From: Mobula hypostoma
Taxonomy: Eukaryota
DNA length: 64,000 nucleotides
NCBI RefSeq assembly: GCF_963921235.1
Contig: NC_086108.1
Coordinates: 14,942,001-15,006,000, forward strand
Reading direction: 5' to 3'
This document shows positions 1-12,431 of the stretch, in pieces. How positions within the stretch are numbered: the first letter of the stretch is position 1; every line of letters starts with the position of its first letter. The notes under the pieces were generated by a model that worked only from the letters and a program-made list of their open reading frames with translations, was not told where the DNA came from and made no database searches. A program made the translations under genes and the position numbers.

Positions 1-565
1 GCAAAGCAACAGCAAAGACACAGACTTACAGTACCCCAAAGACTACTTGTTCACCCGGTATTCAACATACCACAGGCTCTCTCACTCCCTAATAAGGGAG
101 AAAGAGATGTCTCCATTTCACAGCGAGAGGGGAGACATAATAAACAATTCACTGGTTTATGATGTTAAGTCTGTTATGTCTCTTTTTCCGAGCTCTGTGC
201 CCAAAGATCTCAAGTCTCTGGGCACATAGCCTTAGATCTTCCATCTCCCACAAAACACCAATCTCCTGCCTGGACACCGACCTCTGATCCCCCATCTCCA
301 GAGCCATTAAATCTCAGTCCTCCGAAGGTGAGCTGAGCTCTTAGGCCACACCCTTGGTGCGCTGAATAACAACCACTCATGAAACCCTGAGAGCAGGACC
401 CATTCCCACAAAGAACTGTAGTCAGTGTATAGCTCCAGGTCAGGGTCTTCAAAAGAAGCCTGAAAGGGAAAAATAGAGATATTAAGGATGGAAATAGAGC
501 TGTTTCCGAAAATGCAAGCAAAGGAGTCACCGTTAAGCACCATTGATCCTCCTAAGCTCCTCCCT
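1..565 (-). repeat. Probable 5' portion of an interspersed retroelement (UTR-like, hairpin-containing), truncated by window edge
   Basis: No credible ORF. Short stems at 196-207/215-226 (TGTGCCCAAAGA / TCTCTGGGCACA) and TGTCTCC...GGAGACA near 108-137. Family and strand are recalled, not proven in this window. Confidence 0.3.
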
Positions 566-963
566 CTAGTTCTGGTCTGGGCCCTCCATCCACAGCGTCC
601 CTCCTTGGAGGAAGGGCACTTATCCGGAGCAGGAAAGCTCAGAACACAAAGCCACAAACATTTGCCTAACCTTGGAAAGTCCCTGAAAGGAACAGAGAGT
701 CCACTGAAGAAAGTACTCTAGTTCCTGACAACAGAACTTCACTGCCTTTCTGAAGGCTGTCTCTCACTGTGTCACCTTACCCCACTCTCACTGAAGGTCC
801 TTGCACTGGGAACTGCATCCAAAGCTATTTCATTCCCTCAAACCATCCTGATGCCAAGGAAGGACTTGACTCAATGTTGGTTTCTTCAGCTATGAAGGGG
901 GAATTTCCATGTTTCAGAGGAGATTGCATACTCTCCATTTGACCAGGTAGGTTGGTAGTTTAA

Positions 964-1361
964 AAACGCAAACATGAGGAAATCTACAGATGCTGGAAGT
1001 TCAAGTAACACGCACAAAATGCTGGTGGAACACAGCAGGCCAGGCAGCATCTATAGGAAGAAGTACAGTCGACATTTCGAGCCAAGACACTTCATCAGGA
1101 CTAACTGAAAGAAGAGATAGTAAGAGATTTGAAAGTGGGAGGGGGAGGGGGAGATCGGAAATGATAGGAGAAGACAAGGGGGGTTGTGATAGAGCTAAGA
1201 GCTGGAAAGTTGATTGGCAAAAGGGATAAAAGGCTGGAGAAGGGAGAGGATCACGGGACGGGAGGCCTAGGGAGAAAGAAAGGGGGAAGGGTGTACTAGA
1301 GGAAGATGGAGAGCAGGTAAGGAGTTATTGTGAGAGGGATAGAGAGAGAAAAAAAAGGGAA

Positions 1362-1392
<31 letters not shown>

Positions 1393-2118
1393 GGGATGGG
1401 GTAAGAAGGGGAGGAGGGGCATTAACGGAAGTTAGAGAAATCAACATTCATGCCATCAGGTTGGAAGCTATGCAGACGGAATATAAGGTATTGTTCCTCC
1501 AACCTGAGCGTGGCTGGTGTGATATACTGCGGTCGGTGCTCCTGATGCGGCCTTCTATATATTGGCAAGACCTGACGCAGACTGGGAGATCGTTTCGCTG
1601 AACACCTACACTCTGTCCGCCAGAGAAAGCAGGATCTCCCAGTGGCCACACATTTTAATTCCACGTCCCATTCACATTCTGACATATCTATCCAGAGCCT
1701 CCTCTACTGTAAAGATGAAGCCACACTCAGGTTGGAGGAACAACACCTTATATTCCATCTGGGTAGCCTCCAACCTGATGGCATGAACATGGATTTCTCT
1801 AACTTCCGTTAATACCCCTCCTCCCCTTCTTACCCCATCTCATGTTGCTTGCTCTCCATCTTCCACTGGTGCTCCCCTCCCCCTTTCTTTCTCCCTAGGC
1901 CTCCCGTCCCATGATCCACTCCCTTCTCCAGCCTTGTATCCCTTTTGCCAATCAACTTTCCAGCTCTTAGCTCCATCCCTGCCCCTCCTGTCTTCTCCTA
2001 TCATTTCCGATCTCCCCCTCCCCCTCCCACTTTCAAATCTCTTACTAGCTCTTCTTTCAGTTAGTCCTGATGAAGGGTCTTGGCCCGAAACGTTGACTGT
2101 ACCTCTTCCTCTAGATGC
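964..2118. mobile_element. Fold-back Penelope-like element (minus-strand 3' arm 964-1515 joined to plus-strand GIY-YIG/3' arm ~1512-2118)
   Basis: Plus arm encodes decayed VIYC..C..C.LLYIG...EHL...ATHFN...QPDGMN GIY-YIG sequence; left arm is its reverse complement. Perfect 15-bp TSD AGGTTGGTAGTTTAA at 949-963 and 2119-2133. Confidence 0.92.
2063..2098 (+). ncRNA. Minimal type I hammerhead ribozyme motif (Penelope-associated)
   Basis: AGTC-CTGATGA-A-GGGTCTTGGCCC-GAAAC-GTT-GACT: stem I AGTC/GACT, CUGANGA and GAAA cores, stem II GGG/CCC, loopless palindromic stem III AACGTT, predicted cut after 2094. Confidence 0.75.
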
Positions 2119-2279
2119 AGGTTGGTAGTTTAATTGGCCAAGTTACCTCTGGTATGTGGGTGAGGGTAAGAATCTGAGGGGAGATGATGGGCATGTGAGG
2201 AGAATGGTGCAGGCCTATAGGTCTCATCAACAGCCTCCAAGAGGAAGGTGGGACACAGCTCATGAGAGATAACTTGCTC

Positions 2280-2850
2280 TTCATCCACCCACACCCCCCT
2301 TACGTTCCTCACCATCCCTCTCACTTCACACTAACTCACCCCTCCCCTCTCCCTCTTCTCTCCCCTCTGTACCCCTCCACCACTCACTCATCCTCACCTC
2401 CACCTTCTGTCTCTCTCCTCCCCCATCCATGCATTCTCCTCTCCATATCCTCACCACCCTATTCCTCCTCTCCACCGTCACTCCTCTTCCTCTTATCATC
2501 TCTCTCTTCCTTTCCTTCCCTCTTTTCACCTCTCACCCTCACTCACCTCTCCTTTACCCCCTCACCCTCCCCTCCACCTTTCAACATCTCCCTCTTTCCA
2601 CCCCTCCGCTCAACTCAACCCCTCAACTCACCCCTTTTTCCCCTCCATCCCTCCCTCCTCACACATACCCCTTCCTTCCCATTATATCATCACCAGCTTG
2701 TGCCCCCTGACCCCCTCCTCACTCCCCTCCATTCTCTCTTTCCTCTTCTTCCACCTCTCCTGCTCACCCCACTTACAGCCCTTCCCCTTCCACTGGCCTG
2801 CCCTCTCCCCATCACCTCCTTCCTCCCTCCATCACTCTGCACCTTTGCTT
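2280..2850. repeat. Pyrimidine-rich (C/T) low-complexity tract
   Basis: About 570 bp of CCCT/CTCT/CACC-type sequence with very few G on the + strand; ORFs are Pro/Ser/Leu low complexity. Confidence 0.9.
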
Positions 2851-3337
2851 GCCAGAAGAGTCTTCATTACTAAACCCAGGGGAAGGTTCAGAACGCGGAG
2901 GTGGAGCAGCATAAAAAGATGCAGGTCTCTCAAAGAAACCCTTCGGTGACAAGGCAGACTGAACCTGGTTTTGTTGTTTGTGAGTCCAGTGCAAGTCTCA
3001 TAAATAAAAATGAGATACTGAATACAGATTTAAAGGTGGATAAATCCCAGCTGCTAATAGAGGTAAAGGAGGAGATTGCTGCGGCTCAAACTGAGATTTG
3101 TAAATCCACCCTGCGTACAAGCGAGGTACCAGATGACTGAAAGACTGATTATGCAGTGTCCCTTTTCAAAAAGGAAGCAGGGAAAAGCCTGGTAAATGTA
3201 GGGCTGTGTGTCTAAAATCAGTGGTAGGGAAGTTATTGGAAGCATTCAGGATTTACCCAGTTTACACGTGGATTGAAGTCGCCTGTGTTTCTTCCATAGC
3301 CCTTGTTACAAGTACATCAGAAGCATAAATCAAGTTT

Positions 3338-3485
3338 CTGGAGGAACTCAGCTGGTCAGGCAGCATCTGTGGACGAAAATATCCACAGATGGTTTGAGAC
3401 GAGATTTGAATGAAGGATCTTGGCCCGAAACACTTTATGTCCATTTCCTCATACAGATAGCACTGACCCACCGAGTTCCTCCAGC
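3338..3485. mobile_element. Old short fold-back Penelope 3'-end derivative
   Basis: CTGGAGGAACTCAGCTGGTCAG...CTGACCCACCGAGTTCCTCCAG inverted arms around a decayed TGAAGGATCTTGGCCCGAAAC ribozyme remnant. Confidence 0.7.
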
Positions 3486-3829
3486 AGCTCAATTTTATCT
3501 GCACGCCTACCTTCTGGATCGATCAGTGTTACCACTGACTGTGGCCCTGTGTAAACTCTTCTGATATTTCAGCTCCTCACAGCTTCAAACTCATTCTTCA
3601 TTTGATTTCCTCAGCTGCGATCTTTTCTTTTTATTGTCTTAATCCCATCATTTAAAATCAATACCACTCCCCTTCCCATTTTCCTGCTCATTTGTTCCCA
3701 GTTTTCCTGGAATACTTAATTCTCAACCTTGGTCACTTGGCAACCATGTTCCACAAGTGAAGGCCCATTTATGGGCATTCTTCACCCAACTTGCAATGAG
3801 TTGCAGGTGCAGACGGATGAAGCAAAGGG

Positions 3830-4445
3830 TACAAACAAAGAGCATTGAACAGTACAGATATGACCAGGCTGTTCGGCCAACAAATATCTGTGCCAAACAT
3901 TATGCTGAATTAAATAATCCCTCTTGCTTGAACATAAACCATGTCCTTCTAATCCTTGCACATTCGTGTGCCTATCTAAATACCTTCTGAACACCACTAC
4001 CCCGGCAGCCTGTCCAGGCACTCGCCACTTCTGTATGAAAAAATTTTCTCTGCACCTCTTCCATGCCCTTTCTAAAGCCTCCACAGCCTTCTGGCAAAGA
4101 GGTGACCAGAAATTTACACAATGCTCCAAGGACAGTCAAACCAAAATCTCCTGCAACTGTAGCATGACTTCCTGACCCTTTTACTCAATGCCATGACCAA
4201 CGAAGACAAGCATGACATTGGCCCTCTTTACCCCTCTATCTACTGCTGTGGTCACTTCCAGGGATCAATAGATTTGGACCCTAAGATCCCTTTGTACATC
4301 AACTGTGTCCTTACACTTGTTAAGTGTCCTGTCATTGACTGTGTACTTTCCCCCTATGTTTCACCTCCCAAAGTCTAACAGCTCACACTTGCCCAGATTT
4401 GCTATTTCTCCACCCATATCTGTAACTGATTTATATAGCTGAACA
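3830..4445 (-). mobile_element. Decayed CR1 LINE 3' fragment
   Basis: Minus-strand translation EHCVNFWSP..KAVEALERAWKR and RENFFIQK, typical of the CR1 ORF2 C-terminus. Confidence 0.7.
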
Positions 4446-4809
4446 CATTGACAGACAGTGTGATCCCACGTTGCTGCTTCAGCAGCCAATCTATCATGTT
4501 GGCTTTGCTGTTCCGGATCTAACCACTGGTGATTACAGCCTTCTCTAGCAACGTCTGCACACTTTGGAAGATCTTGAGCTAAGTCGCCCCTCAATCTCCT
4601 TTACACAAAAGCAAAGAGATTCACTCTGTTCACCCTTTCACCCTCCCATTAATCACCTCAGAACCCCGCTCCAGTGTGATCAGCATAGGGCTGGCTGGAA
4701 CATGACAATTTGCTGCAAGCTGCTCTCTGCAGGTTCACTCATTGCTTCTATTATAATCATTCCACAATTTAAAGCCTAAATTGTCTGTCTACACTTCATT
4801 CTGCATTTT

Positions 4810-5195
4810 CATTGTTTGACCTTACTCGTGGTAATGCAGTTTACTGATTTGACCTTATTCGTGCTAATCACGGAATACTGATTTGACCTTATTCGTGCTA
4901 ATCACGGGATACTGATTTGACTTTATTCGTGCTAATCACAGCATACTGATTTGACCTTATTTGTGCTAATCACGGCATACTGATTTGACCTAATTCGTGC
5001 TAATCACGGGATACTGATTTGACTTTATTCGTGCTAATCACGGAATACTGATTTGACCTTATTGGTGCTAATCACGGCATATTGATTTGACCTTATTTGT
5101 GCTAATCATGGAATACTGATTTGACCTTATTCGTGCTAATCATGGAATACTGATTTGACCTTATTCGTGCTAATCATGGAATACTGATTTGACCT
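4810..5195. repeat. 34-bp minisatellite, 10 full units (4844-5183) plus degenerate flanks
   Basis: Unit CTGATTTGACCTTATTCGTGCTAATCACGGAATA recurs every 34 bp from 4844 to 5184 with no spacers. Confidence 0.97.
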
Positions 5196-5584
5196 GCAAG
5201 ACACAACTTTAACTCTCTCGTCAATAATAAATCAACCCTTTCAGAACAGGCCTGCTCATGGGGCAGTCCCAGCATCAACTTATGCAACTTCGGCAAAACC
5301 TCACTACTTTCAAGCAAATGACAGTGGCTAAACCTGCTTTTTTTAAATCCCTGCTAACCTGCAGAGCAACCTTGTACTCTGAGATCTTGTTATTCCCGCT
5401 TGCAACCCATTCCCTCAGCTTCCAGTAATATGCCCTCCCTATTCACAATCCAAAAATGTTCCTCATTTTATGTATTTCTGTTGGATTTCATTTGCTCAAT
5501 CTGCAAGTTCACTCACATCCTCCTGTAGGCCTCCTTCGCAATAACTATCCATCCCCCCAGGCTCCCTCCCCCACTCTCTCCCCA

Positions 5585-5670
5585 ACGGCCTACAGGCTGT
5601 GCACTGATTCGCTCAGAGCTGTACTGTTGCCAGGCTGAACGTGTGCTGAAAGTGGGATTTGAACCCACGA
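5585..5670 (-). mobile_element. Deu-domain SINE (SacSINE1/AmnSINE1-like) relic
   Basis: Minus strand reads GTGGGTTCAAATCCCACT (B-box) then CAGCACACGTTCAGCCTGGCAACAGTACAGCTCTGAGCGAATCAGTGCAC, resembling the recalled Deu-SINE 5' region. Confidence 0.45.
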
Positions 5671-6994
5671 TTGAAGCAAGGGAAGCTGAACAGTGGCTGA
5701 CACCTAGTGGCTGGTGGGGTAACAGCCACCTCCACTCTGGATCCGACTGACTTCAGCCCTCAACAATATCCTCATTACAGGGCTGCACTGGATCGAGGAG
5801 GGTTGAGGCCACAGGCAGCGAGCAAGAGCTTGGGAGGGATCTAGAGGTTCATACTCCACTCCAGGAATGAGGCCTGGATAGAAAGTGGCAAGGACCACAG
5901 TGGCTGGAGCGCCCTGTTGCGGGGAGAGCAATAGGTGAGTGAGGTTGGGGGGGATCTACAGTGCCAGCTCCCCAGTACTTCTGGGCCACAAACGATAACA
6001 GGAGCATGTGGAGCGATGAAGCACCAACTGTGCATTTCTCCCCACAGATGCTGCTCAACCCATTGGATTCATCCAGCAGATTGTTAAGAATACGGCACAG
6101 TACAGCTCCTTTGGCCCACAATGTTGTGCTAACCTTTTAACCTACTCTAAGATCAACCTACCCCTTCCCTCCCACGTAGCCCTCCATTTTGTTACATACG
6201 ACTCCCTTAGTTCACCTGAATGTAGCTGACTCTGTCTCCACCCCATTAGGCATTAAATGGTTAATTGTGCCATAAACAGTGTACGCTGCCTCAAAGTTTG
6301 ACCTTCTAGTGTGAATCACTTCATACTTTTCCAGGTGAACTCCATCTATCAGTTCTCAGCTCAGCTCTGCGTCCTATCAATGTCCCGTTGTAACCTATGA
6401 CAATTTTTGCACTACGTTCTCATCAAGGAATTGATTGTGGACTTCAAGAAGGGGAAGCTGAGGAACACACCCCAGTCCTCACTGAGGGATCAGCAGTGGA
6501 AAGGGTGAGCAGTTTCAAGTTCTTGGATGAAGATCTATCCTGGCCCCAATATATTGAAGTAATTACAAAGAAGGCACAACAACAGCTGTAGTTCATTAGG
6601 AGCTTGAGGAGATTTGGTATGTCACCAAGGACTCTAGCAAATTTCTACAGATGTACTGTGGAAAGCATTCCGACCAGTGGAATTACCATTTTTCTGGAGG
6701 GACCACTGTTACAAACTCATTCAGCTCCATCATGGGCACAAGCCTCCCTGCCATTGAGGACATCTTCAAAATGTGATGCCTCAAAAAGGCAATATCCATC
6801 ATCACCCAGAATATGACCTCTTCACACTGCTACCATCAAAGAGGAGGTACAGAAGCCTGAAGACACACACTCAATATTTTAGGAACAGCTTCCCCGCTGC
6901 CATCAGATTTCTGAGAGCAGACAATGAACCCATATACACTACCTAACTTTTTTATGCTCTTTTTTTGCACTACTTATTTAGTTATATATATATT

Positions 6995-7233
6995 TTAGCC
7001 AGAGGGTGGTGAATCTATGAAATTTGTCGCCACGGGCAGCAGTGGAGGCCAAGTCATTGGGTGTATTTAAGGCAGAGATTGATAGGTATCTGAGTAGCCA
7101 GGGCATCAAAGGTTATGGTGAGAAGGCGGGGGAGTGGGACTAAATGGGAGAATGGATCAGCTCATGATAAAATGGCAGAGCAGACTCGATGGGCCGAAAG
7201 GCCGACTTCTGCTCCTTTGTCTTATGGTCTTAT
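6995..7233 (+). mobile_element. CR1 (HER1-like) LINE 3' end
   Basis: AGCCAGAGGGTGGTGAATCT...GATGGGCCGAAAGGCCGACTTCTGCTCC...CTTATGGTCTTAT tail, matching 15465-15700. Confidence 0.85.
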
Positions 7234-7264
7234 AATATATAACTAATAATATATATAAATATAG

Positions 7265-7562
7265 TGTTGGCATGTGGCCAAGTGATTAAGGCATTGGTCT
7301 AGTGATTTGAAGGTCACTAGTTCGAGCCTTGGCTGAGACAGCATGTTGTGTCCTTGCGCAAGGCACTTAACCACACATTGCTCTGTGATGACACCGGTGC
7401 CAAGTTGTATGGGTCCTAATGCCCTTCCCTTGGACAACATCGGTGGCGTGGCGAGGGGAGAATTGCAGCACGGGCAACTGCCGGTCTTCCATACAACCTT
7501 GCCCAGGTCTGCGCCCTGGAAACCTTCCAAGGCGCAAATCCATGGTCTCATGAGACTAACGG
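7265..7562 (+). mobile_element. tRNA-derived SINE (same family as 53054-53358)
   Basis: A-box TGGCCAAGTGATT, B-box AGTTCGAGCC, GTGTCCTTG.GCAAGGCA core; colinear with 53054-53358. Confidence 0.85.
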
Positions 7563-7679
7563 ATTTCTTACTGTAATTTATAGTTTTATATTATTATGTC
7601 TTGCACTTCACTGCTGCCACATAACAACAAATTCCACAACATATACCAGTGATATTAAACCTGATTCTGATTCTATGAT

Positions 7680-8320
7680 TCTATCCACACCACCACCGAC
7701 CTTTGTGTCATCTGCAAACTTGTTAACCCACCCCTCCACTTCCTCATTCAAGTCATTTATAAAAATCACAAATGTCAGGGTTCCTGGAACAATACTAGTC
7801 ATTGACTTCTAGGCAGAATACGCTCCATCTACAACCACCCACTGCCCTCCGTGGGCAAGCCAATTCTGAATCCACACAGCCAAGTTTCCCTGGATCCCAT
7901 GTCTCCTGACTTTCTGAAAGAGCCTACCATATCAATAGCCTTACTAAGATCCATATACATCACATTCACTGCTCTATTTGTCTTGTCATTTCCTCAAAGA
8001 ATGCAGTCAGGCTCATGAAGCGTGTCCTGTCCCTCACAAAGCCACGCTGACTATCCCTAATCAGACTGTGCTTCTCCAAATGCTCATAAATCCTGTCTCT
8101 AAAATCCTCTCCCATAGTTTGCCCACTACTAACGTAAAACTCACTGGTCTATAATTCTTATTATTTTTCTTGAACAAAGGAATAACATTCACCATCTTCT
8201 AATCTTCTGGTACTGCTCCTGTGACCAGTGAGGATGCCCTCACTTTAGTCAGCCTCTTGTTCTTCACATTCGTGTAGAACGCCTTGAGGTTTTCCTTATT
8301 CCTACTCGCCAAGGCCTTCC
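7680..8320 (-). mobile_element. Decayed CR1 ORF2 (RT) fragment
   Basis: FVIFINDLNEEVEGWVNKFADDTKVGG on the minus strand. Confidence 0.8.
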
Positions 8321-8510
8321 CTTCTTAAGTGCCATGGTAGAAGTAGAGAAGAGGCACAGTTAGAGGGGACAGCCCTCTAGAGGGGACAGGCTAACATGAA
8401 TGAACATACTTTTAAAATCACTGGAAGAAAGCATAGGGGGACTGGAAGAAAGCATAGGGGGAAATGTCAGAGGCCATTCTTTTACACAGAGAATAGTATT
8501 TGCACAGAAT

Positions 8511-8790
8511 GCCACAGTAGTGTAGTGGTTATCGTGACGCTATTACGCTCGGGTGTTGGCGTTCAATCCCAGAGCTGTCTGTAAGGAGTTTGTTTATCGT
8601 CCCCACAAGCACGTGGGTTTCCTCTGGGTGCTCCGGTACCCTCCCACATTCCGAAGACGTACCGGTCATTGGTCATTTTAAACTGTCCTGTAATTAGGCT
8701 AGGGTTAAATAGCTGGGTTGCTGGGCAGTGCGGGCCATTGGGCTGGAAAGGTCTGTTCCTCACTGTATCTCTAAATAAAAATAAGAAATA
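8511..8790 (+). mobile_element. HE1/V-SINE with CR1-type tail
   Basis: tRNA-like head (GTGTAGTGGTT...GTTCAATCCC), V-core CGTGGGTTTCCTCTGGGTGCTCCGG..CCTCCCACA, tail GGGCTGGAAAGGTCTGTTCCTCACTGTATCTCTAAATAAAA. Confidence 0.8.
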
Positions 8791-11154
8791 AACAAACACG
8801 CTGCTAGGCGTGATGGTAGAGGCAGATACGTTCGGGACATTTAAGAGGCTCTTAAATAGGCACATGGATGAACAAAATGGAGAGCTGTGTGGAAGGGGTT
8901 AGATTGATCTTGGATTAGTATAACATGGTGGACTGAAGGCACTGTACTGTGCTGTGTTCCATGTTCTACTCACACAGAGACTGAAACCTCCTGTTACCTG
9001 TTCAGGTAATGCTGCACTCTGATAGTGCGTTACATACGATGATGAGACAGGCGTTACTCTGGTTTGAATTTGAGGACAGATGCATTAACCTCCTGCCTAG
9101 GGTGCTGAGAGAGGAGGCTGTGTGCATGGTAGGGGAGTATCAGATGCTGAAAGTGACAGAACAGTTCCCTGTAAAGATCCTTACCATATCTACACAACAT
9201 CACGGAATAATTTCACTGGGACCTTCTCGGTCTGCTGATGCCTCTCATCAACTCTAAGCCATGAGTTGCACCTTGCATTTAGAGGCAGAGAGTTCTCTTC
9301 AGGCTGAGAACGTCACTCATTCCCCTTCAGGTCAGCCTCTGTAGCACGACTGGCGCGATCAGCCTCATTCATGCATGTCACAGGTAACTGAGAACCGCAG
9401 TGCAGTGTGGGTCAGTCAGAGACCTCTGACTCGTGACCTAGCCAGGGCAACGATTCCTCAGCAGCCTTCTGGGAACTCTGAGTGCCATATCCAGCCAATG
9501 AAAGATTGCCTGTCCTTCCATTAGAGGCATCTCCAGAGGACCTCCCAGCCTTAGGAGTCCTTGCCCTTCTGCCTGCTTCTCCAGTCCTGCTGGTGAACAG
9601 GAGGCAGCATTGACGAGCACCGCTGGTCACAGGCCAGACCTGGAACTGCATTGGGAGGTATCAGCACATGTGGTGTGTCCTGCAGCTGGATGCAGGAGCA
9701 TGGACGCAGCCCGGAGGTAAGCCATCTGACTGCGTGAGAGACATGTGACTGCCCCAATCTCCGGTGGCTTCAGCATATCCCTGTAGAGCACGGAGCTCAC
9801 AGGACCATGGCCTGTCTGCCTGAGCTCTGGGAAGCTACTGGACATGCCTCCACACCCTGGCTAGGACACTCCGTATTTCTGGTCAATCACTTCTCGTCAG
9901 AATTAGGACACTTGAGAAACCAACTTCAATTTTGTCTTGAATTTCTAAAGGAGAGTGAGAGCTGGTAAGTACAGGGATGGTCTGTGACAGAGTGAGGAGT
10001 GAGGGAGACCGAGTGACACTGATTGTGCTGCTGCTGGTTGAGGGGTGGTGGGCAATACTTGTTAATCACAGCTGGCTCACCCGGAGGTGCAAAGAGGAGG
10101 TGAATAAGACACAGTCCTAATGGGTGCAGAAGAGAGAGAGAACTGTAGGTGGTGGAAAGGTGTCAGGAGGTGAGTCACTCACCACAGTATACCCAGTGTT
10201 TCTGTGGTTGATCCAGTGGGGACCCCTCCCCCCATGATGTTGATGGTGGGGGATCTGGCAATGGGAATGCCTCTGAGTGTCAGGGATTGAAGATTAGTTT
10301 CTCTTGTTGGAGGTAGCCATTCCATTATCTAGTTGTCATTGTGGCTATCCCTCGAGGTCAAGGATGATGGTCTTCATTCTGATGATCTACTTATGGGCTC
10401 TCAAGTGGCTTATGAGTCCAATCTTGGCTTTGAATTACCTAGTACCTATATAATGCAAATATTACTTCCACTTATCAGCCTGTGCCTGTTTTCTGGATCT
10501 CATGGATACTGCTTGATTCATTTGCTGTGAAGTTCTGAATAGAAATGAACTGTGTAACCATCAGTGAACATCCTCCCTCCTGATGGGAGGAAGGTCATTG
10601 ATGAAGCAGATGATGGTATCTGAGTCGTGGACACTGTCCTGAGGATCTTCTGATCTGATATCCTGGGGCTGGGATGATATATCTTCAACGGGCATAACCA
10701 TTTTTCTTTGTGTGACAACAGCTCCAGCCATTGCGTCTTTTCCCTCAATGGAGAGTTTGACTTGGGGTCCTTGATGCCACACATGGTCACTAACAAGTAT
10801 CACCTGTTGTCAAAGGCTTAGCACCTTCCTCACTCTACCATTATCATCAGTGCAGAGAGTCAGAGGGGATTGCAGAGGGATATATGGAAAGTGGCACTAA
10901 GGCTAACTAAGATTGAGATGGCAGTCTTATGACCCTGCAACACAGGACTAAACAGCAAAAACAACAGGCAGTGGACAGAGCTAAGTTATCTTATCCATCT
11001 CATGGATCAGATCAAAGTTCTGTAATCCTACTACAATGACAGTGCTGCAGACTTTGATCTACTCAGTCTGGTTGTAATTAGTATTGGTTTATTATTGTCA
11101 AATGTATCAAAGTACAGTGAAAAACTTTCGTTTGCATGCCATCCAGAAAGATGA

Positions 11155-11485
11155 TTAGACCAGAAGATATTGGAGCAGAATTAGGTTGTTCGGCCCTTGA
11201 GTCTGCTCCTCCATTCCATTATAGTTGATTTATTATTCCTCTAACCCCATCCTCATACCATCTCCCCCTAACATTTGACGTCCTCATTAACCTCCATTTT
11301 AAATATGCCCAATGACTTAGCCTCCACATAAAGTGGCAATGAGCACACAGATTCATCACCCTCTGGATAAAGAAATTACTCCTCCTCTCTGTCTTAAAGG
11401 GATGTCCTTCTATTCTGATGTTATGTCCCTTGTCCAAGATTTTCTCACTATTTCAAACATCTTCTCCATGCCTACTCTCTCTAGG
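11155..11485 (-). mobile_element. CR1 (HER1-like) 3' end
   Basis: GHNIRIEGHPFKTERRSNFFIQRVMNL on the minus strand followed by the CR1 3' hairpin/tail. Confidence 0.8.
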
Positions 11486-11651
11486 CCCGGGGTTCCCATC
11501 CTTTTTTACGCCATCGACTGCTACCATTAACCAGGAAGTCCGTGGACTCCAGGTTGGGAACACCTGCTCTCAGTCTTTCAATAGATTTCAATGAGACCAC
11601 ATTTTCTGTTTATATTTTTCTATTTGGTATTTTCAGCATGTGCAGTACATT

Positions 11652-11811
11652 TCACAAACAAGAGAAAATCTGCAGATGCTGAAACTCCAAGCAACACACA
11701 TGAAATGCTGGTGGAAATCTGTTGAAGGGTCTTGGCACAAATTATTGATGGAACTCTTTTCCACAGATGCTGCCTGGCTGTCTGAGCTCTTCCAGCATTT
11801 TGTGTGTGTTA
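11652..11811. mobile_element. 160-bp fold-back Penelope 3'-end derivative
   Basis: AACACACATGAAATGCTGG...CCAGCATTTTGTGTGTGTT inverted arms; perfect 14-bp TSD ATGTGCAGTACATT at 11638-11651 and 11812-11825. Confidence 0.85.
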
Positions 11812-12431
11812 ATGTGCAGTACATTGATTGTCATTTACTCACCCACACCTAGTATAGGTTTTGCCAGCACCATTCTGCTCTGGACCGTTTCACTCCCTGA
11901 GCCTAAATATGAATAAGAGTTAAGAGTGACTCCCCTTGACATCAAACAGTATTTAACAAGATACAGTAAGCAGTCAATGAGAATCAAAATGAAAACACTC
12001 CAACGACTGGAATCAAACCTTGATAAAAGGAAGGTGGTTGCAGTTGTTGGACAGCCGACATCTCAAAGTCACAGGATATCTAATTCCTGGGACATCTCAG
12101 TGCCAGTGCATCTCAATCCCAGGAAACCACAGCACCAGGATGTCTCATTCCCAGATTGAAGGCAGCTGAGGGGTGACCTTATAAGAGATTTGTAGAATCA
12201 TGGGGGGCATAGATAGGGCGGATGCATAGTCTTTTTTTCAGGGTTGCAAAGTATGAACTAGATGGTGTAAGTTTAATGAGCTACCAGAGAAAGTGGTTGC
12301 AGCGGGTAGAACAGTAACATTGGTACATGATAGGAAAAGGTTAGAGAGCTGTGGGCCAAACATAGGCATCTTGGTCAGCAGGGAGCAGTGGGGCTGAAGG
12401 GCCTGTTTCTGTGCTGTATGTCTCTATGACC

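Larger units (their letters stand above)
6420..7675 (+). mobile_element. Rex1/Babar-like LINE 3' fragment, interrupted by a CR1 3' end and a SINE
   Basis: KELIVDF, VERVSSFKFL, KKAQQQL, RRFGMSPRTLANFYRCTVES; 3' tail ending AAACCTGATTCTGATTCT near 7657-7674. Confidence 0.8.

Noticed and set aside
2262..2873. 203-aa Pro/Ser/Leu-rich ORF
   Set aside because: Artefact of a C/T low-complexity tract, which rarely contains stop codons.
4810..5195. CRISPR array (34-bp partly palindromic repeats)
   Set aside because: Units are head-to-tail with no unique spacers, there are no cas genes, and the context is vertebrate; it is a minisatellite.
8419..8461. Direct duplication ACTGGAAGAAAGCATAGGGGG x2
   Set aside because: Local slippage duplication within a decayed CR1 3' fragment; no evident function.
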